A stretch of 64,000 nt of DNA from Candidatus Saccharimonadales bacterium (GTDB taxonomy: Bacteria > Patescibacteriota > Saccharimonadia > QS-5-54-17). Below, one piece after another: positions 59,823 through 64,000 of the stretch. Positions within the stretch are counted from its first letter, which is position 1. Each line of letters starts with the position of its first letter. The notes below the pieces were generated by a model that saw nothing but the letters and a program-made list of their open reading frames with translations, searched no databases and was not told where the DNA came from. Location: the NCBI GenBank assembly GCA_040903985.1, contig JBBDUI010000002.1, positions 671,469 through 735,468 of the forward strand, given 5' to 3'. A program made the position numbers and the translations under genes.

Positions 59823-60548
59823 ATGAGCCCCGTAAGCAGCTTGCTTGCTGCAACTAAGGAACTATTTGCTATGGCAGACCAGTTAGACAATTCAGCTGAG
59901 ACCAAAAGCTCAACTACTACCGCCGCCCAGCCAGCAGCTAATGGGGTAAAGGCGCTACTCGGGCGTAAACTCGGTATGACGCAGATATTCACGGCTAACG
60001 GTGAGGCTAAGGCCGTGACTTTAATCCAGGCCGGCCCCTGTGTGGTAACTGCTGTTCGTGATCAACTCAAGGACGGTTATCAGGCGGTACAGATCGGCTA
60101 CGGAGAGGCCAAGCGGCTCAACCAAGCCCAGAGCGGACACTTAGCTAAAAGTGGAGCTAACTCGGCTGTCTTGCGCGAAATTCGCGGTGAGTTCGAGTGC
60201 GCTGTTGGCGACACTCTCGATGTAAATACCTTTGTACCTGGGGAGAAGCTGACAGTGAGTGGGGTCAGTAAGGGAAAAGGTTTCGCCGGCACAATAAAGC
60301 GCCATAATTTTAGCCGCGGCCCAATGAGCCACGGCTCTCGTAACAAGCGCCGTCCCGGTAGTATCGGCTCGATGTATCCGCAGAAAATCTTTAAAGGTAA
60401 GAAGATGGCTGGGCGGATGGGTAATGAAAACGTCACCCTTAAGAACCTGTCTATCGAGGTGGTGGATAGTGAAAATCATATTTTAGCTATTGCCGGCGCT
60501 GTTCCGGGTCGCCGGGGTAGCTTACTCTTAGTGAAGGGGCAGAACTAA
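59823..60548 (+). CDS. rplC: 50S ribosomal protein L3 with an N-terminal extension of about 40 aa
   Basis: The conserved L3 core starts at [15 protein letters not shown]. The upstream 40 aa are low-complexity, so the true start could be at the internal Met at 59871. Confidence 0.85.
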   Translation: MSPVSSLLAATKELFAMADQLDNSAETKSSTTTAAQPAANGVKALLGRKLGMTQIFTANGEAKAVTLIQAGPCVVTAVRDQLKDGYQAVQIGYGEAKRLNQAQSGHLAKSGANSAVLREIRGEFECAVGDTLDVNTFVPGEKLTVSGVSKGKGFAGTIKRHNFSRGPMSHGSRNKRRPGSIGSMYPQKIFKGKKMAGRMGNENVTLKNLSIEVVDSENHILAIAGAVPGRRGSLLLVKGQN

Positions 60549-61186
60549 TGGCTCAGGCGATTACATTTACTAAAACCGGGGCTAAGGCGACCAAGCAGAC
60601 TACTCTGCCGAAAGAGCTATTTGACCATGAGGTGAAGAGCTATACTTTGCTACGTCAAGCCTACGAAGCTTATGAGCACAATGGCCGCAGCAGTACTGCT
60701 CGGGTTAAGACTCGCGGTGAAGTTCGGGGTGGTGGCCGTAAACCATGGCGCCAGAAAGGTACTGGTAATGCGCGGGCTGGATCGATTCGTAGCCCTATCT
60801 GGCGTGGTGGTGGTATTACGTTCGGACCTACCGGTGAGGAGAACTACACCAAGAAACTCAATACTACCGCTAAACGTCGGGCTTTAACACAGGCTTTATC
60901 GCTTAAAGCCGCGGCTAAGTCGGTATATACCATCGAGACGATCGAGCTGAAGGAGAACAAGACAAAAGAGCTAGCCCAGCTGCTGGCCAAGCTAGATATG
61001 GGTCGTCGGATCATCGTTGTCGTCGAGAACAAGACACCGGAACTAACCCGTGCTGCAAATAACTTACCAGAAGTCTCTTTGATGCAGGCTAGTTATCTTA
61101 ACGTAAAGACTGTGCTCGATGCCGACGGACTGTTATTTGTTGGTAAGGCTATGGAAGTTTTAGCTACACAGATGGAGAAGAAGTAA
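60548..61186 (+). CDS. rplD: 50S ribosomal protein L4
   Basis: L4 family sequence; operon position. Confidence 0.9.
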   Translation: MAQAITFTKTGAKATKQTTLPKELFDHEVKSYTLLRQAYEAYEHNGRSSTARVKTRGEVRGGGRKPWRQKGTGNARAGSIRSPIWRGGGITFGPTGEENYTKKLNTTAKRRALTQALSLKAAAKSVYTIETIELKENKTKELAQLLAKLDMGRRIIVVVENKTPELTRAANNLPEVSLMQASYLNVKTVLDADGLLFVGKAMEVLATQMEKK

Positions 61187-61479
61187 TGATTTTACGCCCA
61201 GTAATCTCTGAGAAAGCAATCACCTTAACTGATAACGACAATACTTATGCTTTCTTCGTGCCCAAGACAGCTAACAAAATCACTATTAAGCAGGCTATCG
61301 AGGAGCGTTACGGCGTTGGAGTTGAGCTAGTGCGTACCAGTGTAGTTAAGGGCAAGTCGAAACAGATGCCGGTGAAAAGGGGACGACTCGTCATTACCGG
61401 TCGTCGCAGTGACCAGAAGAAGGCCTATGTCACACTGAAGGAAGGCGACAGTATCACTATATTTGAGGGGAGTGAATAA
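61186..61479 (+). CDS. rplW: 50S ribosomal protein L23
   Basis: L23 family; operon position. Confidence 0.9.
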   Translation: MILRPVISEKAITLTDNDNTYAFFVPKTANKITIKQAIEERYGVGVELVRTSVVKGKSKQMPVKRGRLVITGRRSDQKKAYVTLKEGDSITIFEGSE

Positions 61480-62309
61480 TGGCTATTAAGAGTTATAAAC
61501 CCACCTCGCCAGCCCGACGCGGCATGACTACGCACGATACCGCCGCCGTTACGGCGCAGCGGCCCAAGAAGTCACTGACCGTGGCCAAGAAACAGCAGTC
61601 AGGGCGGAATAACACCGGAAAGATTACTACCCGTCACCGCGGTGGAGGTGCTAAACGGCGCTACCGCAAGCTAGATTTCAAGCTGAACGATGGTGTGGTA
61701 GCTACGGTCGAATCGATCGAGTATGACCCTAATCGTAGCGCTCACGTCGCCTTAGTGAAGAGTGCTGATGATGCCTACGCCTATGTCTTAGCCACTAGTA
61801 AGATGGGAGTCGGCGATAAGATCGAGGTTGGACCTGAAGTAGCCATTACGGCCGGCAACCGTTTACCACTTGGCAGCATCCCGCTCGGAAGTACGATTCA
61901 TAACATCGAGTTGACGATCGGTCGCGGCGGCCAGCTCGTTCGTAGTGCCGGGGCGCGAGCCCAACTAACTTCAAAGGAAGGCGACTGGGCCTACGTCCGC
62001 CTGCCCAGTGGTGAGGTGCGCTTGATTCACCAGAACTGTTACGCTACACTAGGCAGCGTTGGTAACGAGCAGCACCAAAATATAAAGATTGGTAGTGCTG
62101 GTCGTAATCGCCGTAAAGGCAAACGTCCGAGTGTACGTGGTAAAGCAATGAACCCAGCCGATCACGGTATGGGCGGTGGAGAAGGCCAGTCAAGTCCTGG
62201 TCGCCACCCTGTTACACCTTGGGGCAAGAAAGCCATTGGCCGTAAAACCCGCCGTCGTAAACGTGGCGATGATATGATTATTCGCTCACGCAGCAAGAAG
62301 AGGAGATAG
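61479..62309 (+). CDS. rplB: 50S ribosomal protein L2
   Basis: L2 motifs (GRNNTGKITTRHRGGG and the C-terminal GGGEGQ) are present. Confidence 0.95.
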   Translation: MAIKSYKPTSPARRGMTTHDTAAVTAQRPKKSLTVAKKQQSGRNNTGKITTRHRGGGAKRRYRKLDFKLNDGVVATVESIEYDPNRSAHVALVKSADDAYAYVLATSKMGVGDKIEVGPEVAITAGNRLPLGSIPLGSTIHNIELTIGRGGQLVRSAGARAQLTSKEGDWAYVRLPSGEVRLIHQNCYATLGSVGNEQHQNIKIGSAGRNRRKGKRPSVRGKAMNPADHGMGGGEGQSSPGRHPVTPWGKKAIGRKTRRRKRGDDMIIRSRSKKRR

Positions 62310-62582
62310 ATGAGTCGTTCACTGAAAAAGGGACCATATATAGATGAGCGCTTGCAGCGCAAGATTGAGGCGATGGATACGGGCGACCGTACCATTATTA
62401 AGACTTGGGCGCGAGCCAGTACCATTACGCCAGAGATGGTCGGTAAGACTATAGCCGTGCACAACGGTAAGGTCCACGTGCCGGTCTTTGTCAGTGAGAA
62501 CATGGTAGGTCACAAACTTGGTGAGTTCTCCCCTACGCGTAAATTTAAACGTCATGGCGGCAAACTCGCCAAGGGAGAGTAG
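62310..62582 (+). CDS. rpsS: 30S ribosomal protein S19
   Basis: The sequence [11 protein letters not shown]...HNGK is typical of S19. Confidence 0.95.
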   Translation: MSRSLKKGPYIDERLQRKIEAMDTGDRTIIKTWARASTITPEMVGKTIAVHNGKVHVPVFVSENMVGHKLGEFSPTRKFKRHGGKLAKGE

Positions 62583-62584
62583 TC

Positions 62585-62920
62585 GTGAAAGCTATTGCTA
62601 ACGGTCTCCGGGTTCCACCACGCAAGATGAATATGGTAGCTGCATTGGTGCGTAAGCGCGACGTGACGGACGCTTTAGTTATTCTGGACCATACCCCCCG
62701 TCGGGCCGCTCAGGCTTTACGTGAAGTTATCAAGAGTGCCGCCGCTAATGCCGAACACAACGATAAGGTCGACCCATCCAAGTTAGAGATCGCCGCTATA
62801 AACGTCGGTACCGGCGGTATGATTAAGCGGATGCGGCCCAATGCGCGTCTCAGCGTTCGTCCCTATCGTCACCGCCTAAGTAATGTAACCGTCTCACTGC
62901 AGACGAAAGGAGATAAGTAA
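62585..62920 (+). CDS. rplV: 50S ribosomal protein L22
   Basis: GTG start; L22 family and operon position. Confidence 0.9.
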   Translation: MKAIANGLRVPPRKMNMVAALVRKRDVTDALVILDHTPRRAAQALREVIKSAAANAEHNDKVDPSKLEIAAINVGTGGMIKRMRPNARLSVRPYRHRLSNVTVSLQTKGDK

Positions 62921-63546
62921 TGGGTCATAAAGTTAATCCCATCAGCATGCGTCTGCAAGTGAATAAGGACTGGAAGTCCAAGTGGTTTGCTAACAAACGC
63001 GATTATGCCAGTGCACTACATGAAGATATTAAGATTCGTGATCTAATTGAGCGCCAGCTTGACCGCCGCGCCGCTGTAGATCGAGTTGAGATCGAGCGTT
63101 CACCAAACGCCATAGCCGTTAATCTCTTCACTGCTCGTCCCGGGGTAGTAATTGGCCGCGGGGGCGAAAATGTCGATGCCTTAAAGCAAAAGCTGGCCAA
63201 GCTGATCGACTCTCCTATCACTCTTAACATCGAAGAGGTTAAGAAGCCGGAACTACACGCCAAACTAGTGGCTGATAATATCGCTTCCCAGCTCGAGCGG
63301 CGTATCTCTTTCCGTCGGGCGATTAAGTCTACAGCCGATGCCACTATGCGTTCCGGTGCTAAAGGGGTGAAGATTATCGTGTCTGGCCGTCTGAACGGGT
63401 CAGAGATGGCGCGCACCGAGAAAGAAGTACTCGGATCGATTCCGCTACACACTATCCGAGCTAATATCGACTACGCTAAGGTTACTGCGGTCACCACTTA
63501 CGGCGTTATCGGCGTTAAAGTATGGGTTTACCAGGGCGAGGAGTAA
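62920..63546 (+). CDS. rpsC: 30S ribosomal protein S3
   Basis: The sequence MGHKVNP..RLQV and a KH domain. Confidence 0.95.
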   Translation: MGHKVNPISMRLQVNKDWKSKWFANKRDYASALHEDIKIRDLIERQLDRRAAVDRVEIERSPNAIAVNLFTARPGVVIGRGGENVDALKQKLAKLIDSPITLNIEEVKKPELHAKLVADNIASQLERRISFRRAIKSTADATMRSGAKGVKIIVSGRLNGSEMARTEKEVLGSIPLHTIRANIDYAKVTAVTTYGVIGVKVWVYQGEE

Positions 63547-63549
63547 GTA

Positions 63550-63975
63550 ATGTTATTACCGAAGAAGACCAAATATAGAAAGGCGATGAAGGGACGGATT
63601 AATGGTGTAGCTCAGCGAGGCAATGCTATCAGTTTCGGTAGTTATGGCCTACAGTCGCTCGGCACCGACCGGGTAACCTCTCGCCAAATCGAGGCCGCCC
63701 GTCGGGCTATGACTCGCTATATTAAGCGGGGTGGTAAGATCTGGATTCGGATCTTTCCGGATCTGCCTGTCAGTCGCAAGCCGAACGAGACCGCAATGGG
63801 TAAGGGTAAGGGCGCGCCAGAGTTCTTTGTGGCTCGTGTCCGTCCCGGTACTATGCTGTTTGAAATGTCTGGTGTGACGGAAGAGATCGCGCGGGAAGCA
63901 ATGCGTCTGGCGAGCCATAAGTTACCGGTTAAGACGCGCTTTTTAGTTCGTCACGTACCTGGGGAGAGTGAATGA
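63550..63975 (+). CDS. rplP: 50S ribosomal protein L16
   Basis: The sequence [11 protein letters not shown]... is typical of L16. Confidence 0.95.
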   Translation: MLLPKKTKYRKAMKGRINGVAQRGNAISFGSYGLQSLGTDRVTSRQIEAARRAMTRYIKRGGKIWIRIFPDLPVSRKPNETAMGKGKGAPEFFVARVRPGTMLFEMSGVTEEIAREAMRLASHKLPVKTRFLVRHVPGESE

Positions 63976-64000
63976 TGTTGGCCGATCTACGTAAAGAATC
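63972..64000 (+). CDS. rpmC: 50S ribosomal protein L29, N-terminal fragment truncated by the window edge
   Basis: The ATG overlaps the rplP stop. The MMLADLRKE start and the operon position point to L29. Confidence 0.5.

Noticed and set aside
1-64000. CRISPR arrays, transposases, integrases, prophage genes and alternative genetic code
   Set aside because: There are no regularly spaced direct repeats and no recombinase or transposase-like ORFs. Long intact ORFs for rpoB, rpoC, dnaE and others under the standard code argue against TGA/TAG reassignment.

Overview
This 64-kb window is mostly core housekeeping genome from a small, roughly 50% GC bacterium. The gene content and order suggest a monoderm or Patescibacteria/CPR-like lineage, but that is inference only. 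Nearly all long genes are on the + strand.

Gene content in order:
- A pfkB-family sugar kinase, then uvrB.
- A gatC-gatA-gatB operon with an extra 138-aa gene wedged between gatA and gatB.
- A DUF948/YtxH small-protein triad, then dnaE.
- A roughly 10-kb mixed-strand block of accessory-looking genes. It holds a secreted M14 carboxypeptidase and a GC-rich islet carrying a Cys-rich acidic protein, divergent from an ABC-2 transporter whose permease is frameshifted. It also holds a CvpA-trypsin protease fusion, a zinc-ribbon/bPH protein, a CAP-domain protein and a SpoU methyltransferase.
- Housekeeping genes follow: rplS, rnhB, a YraN nuclease, an M3 peptidase, nusA, clpC, radA, a class A PBP, tyrS, recG, rsmD, tRNA-Leu(TAG), hisS, tig and clpP.
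- The window ends with the rpoB-rpoC-rpsL-rpsG-fusA-tuf-rpsJ / S10 ribosomal cluster running to the start of rpmC.

Main things worth a second look:
- Consensus CIRCE (HrcA) operators overlap the -35 boxes of both clpC and clpP.
- Two near-identical 46- and 52-bp perfect palindromes differ by compensatory substitutions; one follows uvrB and the other sits in the 5' ORF-free region.
- The first ~900 bp is GC-rich, ORF-free and structured, and may be an unidentified large ncRNA.
- A two-gene insertion, a small membrane protein plus a 569-aa protein with an HEXXHXXGXXH metzincin motif, splits rpsJ from rplC. It has its own terminator and promoter.
- An extra ORF or structured spacer lies between rpsG and fusA.

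I found no CRISPR array, transposase, integrase or stop-codon reassignment.
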